NCBI GenBank assembly: GCA_030390025.1
Contig: CM059432.1
Location: 8,680,001-8,744,000 of the forward strand
Direction: 5' to 3'
Source: Squalus acanthias
Lineage: Eukaryota
DNA length: 64,000 nucleotides
How positions within the stretch are numbered: position 1 is the first letter of the stretch; the number at the start of each line of letters is the position of its first letter. Under the pieces are notes generated by a model that worked only from the letters and a program-made list of their open reading frames with translations, searched no databases and was not told the origin of the DNA. Of this stretch, positions 48,998 to 62,000 are shown piece by piece. The position numbers and the translations under genes were made by a program.

Positions 48998-49827
48998 AAA
49001 GATGTTCCAGAGGGGGGAAGAATAATTAGCAAAGTCCAGCAGAGAGTTTGTTCTTGCCTGGGTCCTCTGCTGTTTACAGTACTCAATGTAAAAGCACCCC
49101 TTCCCACTCGACTCGTCAGGCTAAAAATGTAGAAAAGGATTATTAGCTGACTCTTTCAGTATTTCGATCAGCCCAGCACACTTGCATATGTTCAACTTAC
49201 ATGAAGATGATCCATACTATAACCACCGAACCATCACTGACAGGCCGATGTTTGAGCCCAATGATATTCACCCTGATTTCAGAACTCGCTCATAATCTGA
49301 ATTTAAATAATTTTTTTATTTATTCATTCATGGGACGTGGGCGTTGCTGGCAAGGCCGGCATTTATTGCCCGTCCCTAACTTGCTTACACCATTCGTCAT
49401 TTTATGAAAATAAATAGGCCTTGGCACCAAAGATTATCAAAACCCAAGTGTGAATTCAAATGAAACGAGGCTCAAAAACATATCTGGAGGTGAAAACTGC
49501 TTTCAGCTCCGCCAGGGCATAAACGGCCCAGGGTGACTGGTAACGCACGTAATAGTGAACAAAAGCAACCGGAGTAAAACAGCAAAGACTGTGAGGAGAA
49601 CCCGAAATGCTTTGGATGACAGAATTTACTGTTCTCATTCATGTCTGTTTGAATGGCCCGTGAACAGGTTGCTGGCGCAGTCCGCCAGCCAGTGTTCCCT
49701 CTGAGCTGCGCGCGTGTGTGTGTGCACGGCCGTTCAGTGTTCTGCAAGGTGTCGCCCAGGCCGCTCACAAGCTTTTACGCTGGAAATACCACGTGCGCGC
49801 AGAAATTTAAAGGGACCGCGTGCTGAA

Positions 49828-50185
49828 AGAAAGAAAGGAAGACTTACATTTCTATAGCGCCTTTCACAACCACCGGACATCTCAAAGCGTTTTACAGCCA
49901 ATTAAGTACTTTTTGAAGTGGAGTCACTGTTGTAATGTGGGAAACGCGTCAGCCAATTTGCGCACAGCAAGCTCCCACAAACAGCACTATGATAAGGACC
50001 AGATAATCTGTTTTTGTGATGTTGATTGAGGGATAAATATTGGCCCCAGGACACCGGGGATAACTCCTCCTGCTCTTCTTCGAAGTAGTGGCCGCGGGAT
50101 CTTTTACGTCCACCTGAGAGAGCAGACGGGGCCCTCGGTTTAACGTCTCATCAGGAAAGACGGCGCCTCCGACAGTGCAGCACTG
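49828..50185 (-). mobile_element. Deu-domain SINE, 5'-truncated
   Basis: Core and tail match the other copies. Confidence 0.8.
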
Positions 50186-50965
50186 GAACAGAATAAAGCG
50201 CAGCCTACAGGGAACATTGCTGCCAGCCCTGTGAACTGGCGGAACATTTTCCCAGCAGATTTCCCAATTTACAGGCCGTTGGGGCAGTCTGCCAGTCTGA
50301 GCTGGTGGCATATGCCCACCAGATTTCTCAATTAACAGGGTTGCACCTGTGCCCTGAACGTCACTTCATTCCCAACGAGCAGAAAGGCATGTAGAAGTTT
50401 TACGGAAACAGATCAATGATAGCGCCTGTGACTTGCCGTATACGAGCTCCCTTTTACAGTTTCTCTCTTTTTTTAAGAAAATGTGCATTTTAACCCCCTG
50501 GGGATAACCCGAGCTCCTCGTCTCCCCTCTGCTTCACAAGCTCAGCCAATTTACTTCCAGCTGTATCAGTCACAGCAAGCCTCTCTGACGTCCAAATCCC
50601 TCAGGCTCTGCTTCACAGGTACTCAGTCAACCCTCTCATAAGATTTAATGCAGAGGCAGTGATTTAACTAGCTGATTTTATTCAGTGAAAAGCAGTGCAG
50701 TCTAGCTATTCTTCCCCCTTCTGTTTTGATCATTATTCTGATATTCTCATATCTCGATCGCTTGCATTTCACTATTATTTGCTATTTGTGTTCTGCTTTT
50801 GTTATGTAAGCATAAATCAAAAATACGCTAATTAAGATGTGGGAAGCATTTAACCATTTCTATACTTTACTTGGCGTGTTCTTGGCTGTACGCATACACA
50901 CACACGAAGAACATTACATTTATATTACTTTCTGCTTCCCTTTGAGTCCTGTCATTTAGCGAGTG

Positions 50966-51450
50966 GGTACGGTAGCATCGTGGTTATGTTACTAGGCTCA
51001 TAATCCAGAGGCCCGGACTAGTAATCCGAGGGACCTGAGTTTATAATCCCACCCTGAGAGCTGGGGAATTTAAATTCAGGCAATTAAATAAATCTGGAAT
51101 TAAAAAGCTAGTGTCAGTAATGGTGACCATGAATACCACCAGATTGTGGTATAAAACACAACTGGTTCACTAATGTCCTTTAGGAAATCTGCTGTCCTTA
51201 CCCGGTCTGGCCTATATGTGACTCCAGACCCACATCAATGTGGTTGACTCTTAACTGCCCCTCTGAAATGGCCGAGCGAGACGCTCAGTTTGTATCAAAC
51301 CGCTACATAAAAGTCAGCCCTGTGGGAGCACCTTCACCACACGGACTGCAGCGGTTCACCACCACCTTCTCAAGGGCAATTAGGAATGGGCAATAAATGC
51401 CGGCCTTGCCAGCAATGGACGCCCACATCCCGTGAATGAATGAATTTTAA
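50966..51450 (+). mobile_element. Second tRNA-derived SINE family
   Basis: tRNA-like head GGTAGCATCGTGGTTATGTTAC. The last ~130 nt match the LINE tail at 25730-25860 and 37429-37510. Confidence 0.7.
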
Positions 51451-52143
51451 AAAACTCACTCAGGAAATCCTTGTCTGACAAAAAAACTGGCATAGGCACG
51501 ACGGGCCGAATGGCCTCCTTCTGTGCTGCACCATTCTACGACTCACCGTCTCTGACTGCTGTTCTCCTGCCATCTCTGCTGCTCTCTCTTTTATCCTTCC
51601 CTTCCATTTCTTCTGTCCCTCCCCTTTTTCTCCATACCGCTTCACCTTTCCATGTTTTTCCGCTGTTTTATACAATCATCCCTGCCTTGCCATTTCCTTC
51701 TCAGTAAATGTTCCTGCCCTTGTTTCTCCTGAATTATGTTTTGCTCGCTTAGCTGAGTATGCAATTACTGCCACTTCCATTCACTTGGAAAAAAAACAAC
51801 ATGATCCCTGCAAGCCCTTGTGATCAAATCCCTGCATGGCCTCGCCTCCCCCCCTATCTCAAAACTCACATTCTTGCCTTTAGACCCAAATGACAAGAGG
51901 TTCAGAAAATCCAGTTGCCGTAGTAACCCAACCTCTAAATCTGGGACAGAGCACCTGTGGGCCCTACCATTGAAATGAATATTGCGTTAACCGGCAAATT
52001 GTTTCAGGAGCAATCTTGGGTCAGAAGTTTTCCTTATTGTCCTCCCTCTTCCTGTCAATATATATATATATATATATATAAAAGAAAACCCATTGGCCAG
52101 TTCAGATAATTTAATCTAAACATTCTAATTTCCAGGAGAGAGT

Positions 52144-52920
52144 GGGCCGTATTTTGCGGCCCCTACGGGCGTGATTGAGGTGCACGCGCCCCCGTAAGGG
52201 CTGCGCAAGTTCCGGGTTCAATCCCTCGCTGCGCGAGCGCTAAAACCCGGAACTCGCGATCTGTCTTCTTGACAGATCCTCTGCAGCCCCAGGAGAAGGG
52301 CCTCCGCGGGCGGAGATTTGCGCTATTTGCCCAACTCTCCGCCCGGCCAATGCCCGTGAAATTCTTACTCCTGGTAAAAGCAGGCGTAGGGCTTGCTTTT
52401 TACCAGCGTAAGAGCTTTAAAAAACAGAAAAATAAAATGTTATCAATAATTTATACATTTAAAAAACTTGTTGAATAAGGTAAGTTTATTTTTAGCCCCT
52501 TTGAAACCTGTAAATTTATTTTTCAAAAAATGTTACAGTATTTTGGTTTTAGCTATTTAATTAAATGCCATTTTAATTAATTTTAAATTTGTAATGGTTT
52601 TTTAAAAAAAATGTATTTGAAGTATAGATGTAATTTTTTGGGGTATTCCCATTCATACTTATGGGGCTTCTGCACATATGGAATCTCCATAAGCATGAAT
52701 GGGGATTCCCTGCTGTCATTGGTTGGGCCGGCCCACATGATCCATGAGGCGCTTGCGAACCGCCTGCGCCCCTGGGATACGTGGGCCTCTATCCGCGGGT
52801 ACCCGGAGAGGCCCAGGAGCACGAGTCTCCGTACTTCCCGGACCCCCAGGTAGGCGCGGATTTAATTGGTGGATCGGAGACATTTCCCTGCGGGCAGCCT
52901 CCGACCGCAAATTAAGGCCC
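52144..52920. mobile_element. MITE with GC-rich arms and AT-rich centre
   Basis: Imperfect TIR GGGCCGTATTTTGCGG / CCGCAAATTAAGGCCC. Confidence 0.7.
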
Positions 52921-53502
52921 AATAATACCTCGACTCGCCACAATACATATCATTGAACCATCTCAATGAATGTAAATATCAGAAGCTTACAGCCTATTAC
53001 ATACACCACACCATTTACATATTAACTTCACCGGTTTGATCAACATGTCTACTTTGCTACTTCATCTTACCACTTCCAGATTGGGAATGAGGACAAAGCA
53101 ATGAGAAGGAATTCCTTCTGCTTTTTCTGCCAACTCTGATGTAGCATCCTCACAGAAAATAGGGGAAACCTCATCAGTCAAAGGACAGAACACGTGTGAA
53201 CTCCAGTCGTAAGGATCTATTACCTTTCATTGCAGTTAAAGGTGAAGAAGATTCTGCTGAACTGCTGCAAACTCCTAAATATTATAAAGGGAATTGGAAG
53301 ACTCCCTCGCTGGCTCGACAACTTTATCCAGTGAATAGGTGGACCATATGGACAGGGATAGACCCATTCTCCATCCCATTCCCACTCTGACCTCTCTGTC
53401 CTCAGTCTCCTGCACTGTTCCAATGATTCGGCACTTTACAGCCTTCGGGACTCCATGTTGAGTTCAACAATTTCAGATCACAACTACTGCTCCCATTGTC
53501 TT

Positions 53503-53714
53503 GACAAAAGTGAGAAGTCGCACAACACCAGGTTATAGTCCAACAGTTTTATTTGAAATCACAAGCTTTCGGAGCGCTGCTCCTTCATCACCTGACGAAG
53601 GAGCAGCGCTCCGAAAGCTTGTGATTTCAAATAAAACTGTTGGACTATAACCTGGTGTTGTGCGACTTCTCACTTTTGTCCACCCCAGTCCAACACCGGC
53701 ATCTCCGCATCATG
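53503..53714. mobile_element. Penelope pLTR mini-insertion forming an 88-bp-arm inverted repeat
   Basis: Arms 53503-53590 and 53593-53680 with one mismatch; TSD CCCATTGTCTT (53492-53502, 53715-53725); matches 16461-16550. Confidence 0.9.
53588..53624 (+). ncRNA. Minimal type I hammerhead ribozyme motif
   Basis: TCAC-CTGACGA-A-GGAGC-AGC-GCTCC-GAAA-GC-TT-GTGA. Confidence 0.75.
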
Positions 53715-54654
53715 CCCATTGTCTTGGACAGCAGGTGTTGGTAATGGTTCTGCTGTTGCCATTTACACCTCCTCTAGACCGTCTTTTGTTTCTTTACTTG
53801 TCCCATTGCCACCCTCTTTTACCTTACACCATCATCACTTTTGTCATTTAATCTCTCCTGCCTTCCACCCTAGCACAGACCTTCGCTTTTGTTCTTTCCT
53901 CCCCTCCCCACTTTCCCTGCCCCTGCACTTGCTTAAAACCTGTTAAATCTCCAACATCTTCCAGTTCTGACCTGAAACGTCTGTTTCTCTCTCCACAGAT
54001 GCTGCCTGGCCTGCAGAGTGTTTCCAGCATTTTCTGCTTATAGCACAGTCCCGTGCTTGACCTTCAGTCTGTTTTGAGTAAGCTGATCTTAGTGAAGGAT
54101 TTTGCACTTTGTGCTATGGACTTTTAATACCTGCTTTTAAAGAAGACTAAAAGAGTGATAATAGAGCACAACTTGGTTAAAAGTATAAACAGATAATGAA
54201 GGATGACTCATGTGCAGTCAATGAAATTGAGACAAAATTACAGGTGGACTAATTTGGGATCAGACGAGGAACTGATTCACTTCATTAAAACACCCCTGGA
54301 GCAAAGGACTATGTTAAACGGCCAAAATCAGAGTGCATGGTGGTCTTTGCTTACTGTCCAGGATTTGAAGAGAAAAGTACCACGGGCTTGTTGTTGCTCC
54401 AAGAGGCCTGAGAGAGGAGAACTGTGTATTTCCGAAGGACACGAGCTGCCAACAATAAGAGATTATAGAAAAAGCAAGTTTGGCGATGAGATAGCTGTCC
54501 GCTGAAACCGTGAGCAGGGGAAAAAACCACAAGCCCATTTATAGTTGTTCTGTCCGCTAACAGACTTGGGGGGGGTGGGGAATAAGAAGTAAAAACACAG
54601 GCTTACAGTGATTTCTAGGAGATCGCAAGAGCAGTCAAAAGAGAAAGTCATTGA

Positions 54655-55640
54655 CGTTGGATACTAAGGGAATCAATTATGGGGATAGGGCAGGGAAAGT
54701 GGAGTTGCAGTAGAAGATCAGCCATGATCTTATTGAATGGCGGAGCAGGCTCGAAGGGCTGAATGGCCTGCTTCAGCTTCTATTACATAGGATATACGGC
54801 ACAGAAACAGGCCATTCGGCCCAACCAGTCTATGCTGGCGTTTATGCTCCACTCGAGCCTCCTCCCGTCTTTCCTCATCTAAATCTATCAGCGTAACCCT
54901 CTATTCCCTTCTCCCTCATATGCTTATCCAGCCTCCCCTTAAATGTATCTATACTATTTGCTTCAACCACTCCCTGTGGTAGCGAGTTCCACATTCTCAC
55001 CACTCTTTGAGGTAAAGAAGTTTCTTCTGAATTCCCTATTGGATTTCTTGGTGACTATCTTATATTGATGGCCTCTAGTTATGCTCTTCCCCACAAGTGG
55101 AAACATTCTCTCTGTATCCACTCTATCAAATGTTTTCATAATTTTAAAGACCTCTATTAGGTCACCCCTCAGCCTTCTTTTTTCAAGAGAAAAGAGACCC
55201 AGCCTGTTCATCATTTCCTGATAGGTATACCCTCGCATTTCTGGTGTCTTCCTTATAAATCTTCTCTGCATCCTCTCCAGTGCCTCAATATCCTTTTTAC
55301 AATATGGCGATCAGAACTGTACGCAGTACTCTCAGTGTGGTCTAACCAAGGTTCAATACAGGTTAGTATAACTTCCCTACTTTCAATTCTATCCTCTAGA
55401 AATAAACCCTAGTGCTTGGTTTGCTTTTTTTATGGCCTTGCTAACCTGCTGTCTCAACTTTTAGTGATTTGTGTATTTGTACTCTGAGATCCTTTTGTTC
55501 CTCTACCCCACCTAGACTCACACCCTCCAAGTGATGTGACCTCCCTATTCTTCCTACCAATATGTAATACCTCACATTTATCTGTGTTGAACTTCATTTG
55601 CCAATTACATGCCCATTCTGCAAGTTTATTAATGTCCTCT
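54655..55640. mobile_element. CR1 fragments (+ tail 54655-54785; - 54786-55640)
   Basis: LFSLEKRRLRGDLIEVFKI motif and tails. Confidence 0.85.
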
Positions 55641-55787
55641 GTAACTTGTTGTTCTTATGTTACTTATGTTCATATGACGTGAAATTAATCCCTCATTTCC
55701 CAAAACAGAGGAGCTGATCACACTGAGTTTCGAGTTGCACTCCCCAGCATAAGGTGGTAGTGTGGTATCTTTTTCTAGAAAACTGGT

Positions 55788-56054
55788 GGGCTGGATTTTG
55801 ATACTGGGGCGGGTTGGGGTCGTGTCATCCGCATTTCGTGTTATCCACCCGCCTGCAATTGGATGTGGGAGATTGATGCAATTTTCACTTAATTGGGCAA
55901 TTGAGTTCCAGCATGTGGGAACCCATGAACCAATTAGTGGTTTCAGTCTGAAAGTCGCCTCTGATGATGTCATCATTGCAGGTCAGAGACTGCCTGGTCT
56001 CAGAGATTGCCTGGCCTTTGCTGTGAGAGGACCTGGATGCAAAATGAGCAGCAT

Positions 56055-56115
<61 letters not shown>

Positions 56116-56554
56116 TTTTTTGCAACCAAGTCCTCCCAGGCAGTCTCTGAAGATATTCAATGCAGCAGCATCAGAGGCATCTGACCTAATACTACTACCT
56201 TCATCACATCTCCGTTGTAATAGTGGACCTGCAGCTGATAGTCAGCTATCCACTTGTGCTCCCGCAGGTTTCACTGGTGTGTTTCACATCAGGCGTACTT
56301 CACGTCGGAAAAGGGTTAAACGAGCTAAAACGTTTCAAAATGGCATTACAGAGCCAATTTAGGGCTTGTTAAGGGCGTTAATGGCCTCTCCCACCTCTTG
56401 GAGGTGGGACGGAGTCGGGAACCCCGCGACCGATTTTGTCAAAATTGCGTGGAGGCGGGATGGGGTTGGGATGGGGTCGGGACCCCTGAATCTGTAACTT
56501 TAACCCCCCACACGCCTCCAAACCCGACTCCACGGGTCATTGAAAATCCAGCCC
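55788..56554 (-). mobile_element. Harbinger MITE, reverse copy of 30999-31769, with (GA)n
   Basis: 12-bp TIR and end-to-end similarity to 30999-31769. Confidence 0.85.
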
Positions 56555-56849
56555 ATTGTGTCTTAATGTCAATAAAATGCTTTAGAGTTAGTAAAATAAC
56601 GACAGTGTTCCAGTCTGGGTTGATTCTTACCTATCGTACCCTAAGGAGTTAAAAACTCTACATTCGGTTAGGCTGGCAGCAGACATGCTATACATGACCT
56701 CAGTACCTTGAGATCGAGAGGGACTGGCTCGGGTTCCCACCCCTGATGTCTATTCAGCAATCCCTGTTCGAAATCCTGTGTAGACATTGGGTGAGAATGG
56801 GTTGGCACTTGACTGTGAGGCCCCTTGGTCATGAGCAAGAATTTGCTCC

Positions 56850-57915
56850 AATTAAATATTGGGGAGACCTAAGTCATCGTCTTTAGTCCCCGCCACAAAC
56901 TCCGTTCCCCAGCCACCGACTCCATCCCTCTCCCCGGCCGCTGTCTGAGGCTGAACCAGACAGTTCGCAACCTCAGCGTCCGATTCGACCCTCAGCTGAG
57001 CTTCGGATCCCATATCCACTCCATCAGCAACTTCTTCCACCTCCGTAACATTCTTCGTACACCGCCCCTGCTTCAGCTCATCTGCTACTGAAACCCTCAT
57101 CCATGCCTTTGTTACCTCCAGACTCGAATTTTCCAACGCTCTCCTGGCCGACTTCCTGTACTCCACCCCCTGTAAATTTCAACTCGTCCAAAACTCTAAC
57201 TCGCACCAAGTTTCGTTCACTCTTGTGCTCGCTGACCTACATTGGCACCTGGTCCGGCAACGCCTCAAATTCTCATCCTTGTTCAAATCTCTCCATGGCC
57301 TTGCCCCCCTCCCTATCTCTGTAATATCCTCCATGGCCTCGCCCCCCTCCCTATCTCTGTAATATCCTCCATGGCCTCGCCCCCCTCCCTATCTCTGTAA
57401 TATCCTCCATGGCCTCACCCCACTCCCTATCTCTGTAATATCCTCCATGGCCTCGCCCCCCTCCCTATCTCTGTAATATCCTCCATGGCCTCGCCCCCCT
57501 CCCTATCTCTGTAATATCCTCCATGGCCTCGCCCCCCTCCCTATCTCTGTAATATCCTCCATGGCCTCGACCCCCTCCCTATCTCTGTAATATCCTCCAT
57601 GGCCTCGCCCCCCTCCCTATCTCTGTAATATCCTCCAGGCCTACAATCCGTTCCTCCAATTCTGGACTCTTGTGAATCCCTGATTTCCTTCATCCACCAT
57701 TGGTGGCCGTGCCTTCAGCTGCCAAGGCCCTAAGTTCGGGAATTCCCTTCCTAAACCTCGCTGCCTCTCTATCTTTTTCTTCCTTTAAGATGCTCCTTAA
57801 AACCTACATCTTTGACCAAGCTTTTTTCTCCTTATATGGCTCGGTGTCAAATTTTATCTGACAATGCCACTGTGAAGTGCCTTGAGGCTTTTTACTATGT
57901 TAAAGGTGCTATATC
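56850..57915 (+). mobile_element. L2 LINE 3' fragment
   Basis: Homologous to 44895-45665. Confidence 0.8.
57291..57637. repeat. 38-bp minisatellite, 9 copies
   Basis: Unit CCATGGCCTCGCCCCCCTCCCTATCTCTGTAATATCCT at 57293, 57331 ... 57597. Confidence 0.95.
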
Positions 57916-57949
57916 GATTCCTTTAGTATCTGTTCTAAGGTGAGCCCTT

Positions 57950-58903
57950 GTACTGAAGACTCACCACACCTCTTTCCTCAGCAGAAATCAGATGGCTGCT
58001 GCATCTGAGAATGCAGCAGCCATTCTGTCATCTCTGCCGTTGAGATGAGGCACCTCCGGATTCCCAAGGGTTGAAGCCTGCAGGAAGAAACAAAGGTAAG
58101 TAAACTTTTTCTAACACTTTACACTCACCTCCCATACCTACCTCTCCACACTTGCACCCATCGCACCGCCACAGCGGACTTTTCGATCCCTCTCACCCCC
58201 GCAGACCCACTGCTCGCCTCGCTGATCCTGGCGAGGTTCGCAGCCGTCGGGGAGACCACACTTGCAGGGGTAAAATGGGAATAAGCCTCTTAACTGCCTG
58301 TTAACTACCTGTAATCCCCTTCCCGCCTCGAGGAGATGGGTCCCTGCGCGAGTCGGGGACCCACCTCCAGAGAAGATGAGACGGAGGCGGGTTGGGAGCG
58401 GGTTCGGTACCTGCTCTAGTTTCTGCCATTTTCCTGGCAGTCCCGCCTCCATACTCATTGGAATTTAGAAGAATGAGAGGTGATCTTATTGAAACATATA
58501 AGACACTGAGGGGGCTCGACAAGGTAGATGCAGAGAGGATGTTTCCCGTCGTGGGGAAATCTAGAACTCGGGGGCACAGTCTGAGAATAAAGGGTCGCTC
58601 TTTTAGAGATGAGGAGGAATTTCTTCTCTCAGAGGGTCGTAAATCTGTGGAATTCTCTGCCCCAGAGAGCCGTGGAGGCTGGGTCATTGAATACATTTAA
58701 GGTGGAGATAGACAGATTTTTGCAAGATAAGGGAGTGAAGGGTTATGGGGAGCGGGCGGGGAAGTGGCTTTGAGCCCAAGATCAGCCATGATCTTATTGA
58801 ATGGTGGCGCAGGCTCGAGGGGCCAAGTGGCCTATTCCTGCTCCTATTTCTTATGCTCTTATGTTCTTATACCCGCCTCCCCAGGGCTGGCAAAATTCCC
58901 CCC
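57950..58903 (-). mobile_element. Non-autonomous Harbinger-type element with a CR1 inserted at 58451-58871
   Basis: Reverse copy of the 46039 family; the CR1 is flanked by a CCCGCCTCC duplication (58442-58450, 58872-58880). Confidence 0.75.
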
Positions 58904-59042
58904 TATGATTGTAATACAGGCTTGAGAAATGTCTCGGTGTGTTTAACTTGGAATCTGCAATCCTGAGGAGTCAATAAAAAAAAGATATGTCGCATCAAAA
59001 TGAGAGAAGTTGTGCGCCTACATTACCTGTGGTGCACATGAC

Positions 59043-62000
59043 GGGCTCGATTTTGCCAGGCCCGAGGAGGCGGGATTGGAGGCGTGTGACGTGGTAAAAT
59101 CGCAAAAAATGGCGGGCAGGGCCCGATCCCACCTCCATCCCACCTCCGAGAAATTTTCCCAAATGCGTGTTTTCTGACCCCATTTCCATCCCGCCTCCAA
59201 GATAGGCCCTTAAGGCCATTGACAACCAGTTAAGTGCCTCTATAATCCCATTTTGAGAGGCCTTTCTGATTTTAACACTTTTCCCACATGGTTCACGTCT
59301 CCTCTGGAACACGCCAGTGAATCCTGGCGGTCTCACAAGTGGACTGCTTACTAACAGCTGCAGCTCCACCATTAAAAAGGAGTTTTCAGCAATCATCATT
59401 TGCAGGTGGCAGAACTTTGTTGTCTCAGGTCTGGGGGAACTTTTAGCAGGCCTACCCATTGTTGTGGAAGTTTGGAGCCTGACACCCATCTCCAGTGTGA
59501 CCTCCTGGGAAACCCCTCTCGCCACCTTGACTGAGCGCTTCCTCAACTGAGGCATACACCAGAAGCATGGGAACCATTTATTTCCTTTCCTCCTGGACAT
59601 CAGATTCAGACGAAGACCAGCCGTGGCAGCAGCAGAACCATGAACAACAGCACCACCAACAGCAGCAGCAACAACAGGAGTGCCAAGCTGCTGCTCACCC
59701 ACCTGAAGCTGCACAGGCCAGAAGGTGCCAGCGCGCGACCACATTGCTGCCCGGGATGCAAGGGACGCACTCATCTTGGCCAGATTTGCTTAGCCTGCAC
59801 AATCAAACACTTTTGCCTCGCACCTTCTTGTCAGACCATCGACAATGGCCAAGAACCTGCGGATTCCTATCACTCTGACTACCATACTGACAATTGCAAG
59901 TCGCCCTAAGCCCTCAATGTGGAAGTCCCATTAGCGAAATGACACACGCCACAACTGCAACAGTTTGCCATCAGAATCTTTTATGACAATAAGCAACCGA
60001 TGGCTTTTCAAAATTAAACACAACAGTACACCCAAGTGACTGCCCTTGTGACTACTTGTACTTTATCTTCCTCTTACGCGTGCTCCTACGTGGTGCTTCC
60101 CCTGTGGCTTCAGCAGATGTGGAGGCCCCTTGCTCAGTTTCTTGCTGCTCCTGTCTCGACACCTTTGGCGGGCGTCCTCTGGGGTTGCGAACCTGTGAGG
60201 GCTCGGCAACAGTCTGCTGCTCCTGCGGCTGTGCAGGGGGTTGAGACGCCGATCTCAGTTGGGTGGGGACTCTGGTGGGGCTCTGACCGAGGGCTTTGCA
60301 GTGCCATGGTCGTGTGAGCGCTTGGAGAGGAGCCCCCACTTCCTTGTTGTATGCCACCAACATCCCTCTCATGGGTCAGCCCCACTTCAGAGCTAGCAAG
60401 TGGCTGGACAGCACCTTGCTGCACTTCAGGGGGCCATGAGGACCCGTTTCTGCACTGGAAGTCCTACTCCAGAGGACTTGCATGAAGGTCTGGTTTGTTT
60501 ACTCAATAGCTGACCATCGCTCCTCAAAAGATGTCAGTCTATTCTGAACAATAACCATGTTTTACATACCCGGGCAACTAAGCTCCTCCATGGACGCAGC
60601 CATCCTCTCCTCTACTGTAGCCATCCTCTCCTCTATGGTAGCCAGCCTTACCATGGAGGTAGCCATCCTTTCCGTGGTGATGCGTTCATGCGCCAACACC
60701 TCCACATAGGCTCTGCTCATGTTAGCGATGGACTCCTCCATTCGCTCTACACTTGCAGCGACCCTGGAGACAAAACCTGCCAGAGACGCCTGCACCTCTT
60801 CCTGGAGTTCCAGCACCGCTCTCCTTCTGGATGGACCCAGAGGTACAGGGTCGACATGCAGCGGAGCCGAGCTGGGAGCGTCCTCTCCACTGCGACGAGG
60901 ACTCTCCACTGCTGTCCCTGTCTCCACCATCTGCTGATGCTCACTTGTGAGCTGTGATACACCAGGTGACAACTCTACTCTATGTCCCGACGGTCCCATT
61001 GAGGTGTGAGTCTCTGCACTGGTGCTGGGTGCGCTTAATTCTGCTGACGGAGCGCCCTCAGAGGTTGCAGCTTCCTCTGAGGAGTCTGGAAGCTCTGGCT
61101 CTTCCTCCTGGACAGTAGGGACGGGGGCTCCCGATGGCCCTGTGGGGGAGTAAAGGAAAGAGTTAGAGATGTGAGGTAAAGGTTGCATGCACATTCAATT
61201 GTGCAGATGATCATAAGTCAGTCTGTTAGAGCATCATAATCATTATCAGTCACTCATGCAATGTCAATGAGAGAGATGCCAAACTATTCTGTCACCAGCT
61301 TGCTGTGATGCGCCCGCCTGTCCGTCCCCCACTTGGGAATCCTCCTCAATCCAGGCAATTTCCAGGGCCGCCTCCTCCCAGGCGGTGAGCTGGGCTACTG
61401 AGGGTGGCCCTCCTCCTGTCCTCGCTCTTTCCCTCTTATTGTGGGCTCTCTTTTCCTGCAATGAGGGACACAAGTGCAGTTTGAGTGAGAATGAAGGAGT
61501 GAGTGTATAGAATCCATAGCATAGATGCTTAGAAGGAGACAAAGGGCCCTCCCTGTGTGTTGTAAGTTGTTGTCATTGCGTCACAGTGATAGGGAGTGTG
61601 AGGGCTGCATGGTCGAATAGTTAAGTGAATGTGACCATAGAGAGAGAGGGAATGGGTAAGGGTGCAGGGATGTCAGTGTCAAGTGGGATGTGGAGGAAGA
61701 GGTTGCCAAAGCTGAGTGCTGGTGAGGAGAGGCGATGGGGATCAGATTGAGGGTGATTGGCAAGTCATACTCACTTTTCCTGTGTGGAGAAGGTCATGAA
61801 ACCTCTTCCTGCACTGCAGCCAGGTTCTGCGGCACATAGAGATGGCATTGACCTCCTGGGCCACTTGCAGCCACACAGCTTTAGTCTGTTGTGGTGGCTT
61901 TTTTCTCCCTGAGGAAGGGAAGAGCACCTCCTTATTAGATCTTGCTCCCTGCACCAGAGCTTGGAGGGAGGGCTCATCAAAGCGAGGTGCACACTTTTGC

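Larger units (their letters stand above)
53365..54040 (+). mobile_element. Degraded Penelope 3' end hosting the palindromic insertion
   Basis: Homologous to 24240-24755. Confidence 0.7.

Noticed and set aside
49650..49820. CpG-rich unique patch with an E-box, possible enhancer
   Set aside because: Too short and unspecific to call without conservation or chromatin data.
53072..53340. Short open frames with splice-like ends on both strands
   Set aside because: No recognisable protein; weak acceptors.
54203..54505. 100-aa ORF in unique sequence
   Set aside because: No motifs; length compatible with chance.
57291..57637. CRISPR-like periodic array
   Set aside because: No unique spacers; it is a tandem repeat in eukaryotic DNA.
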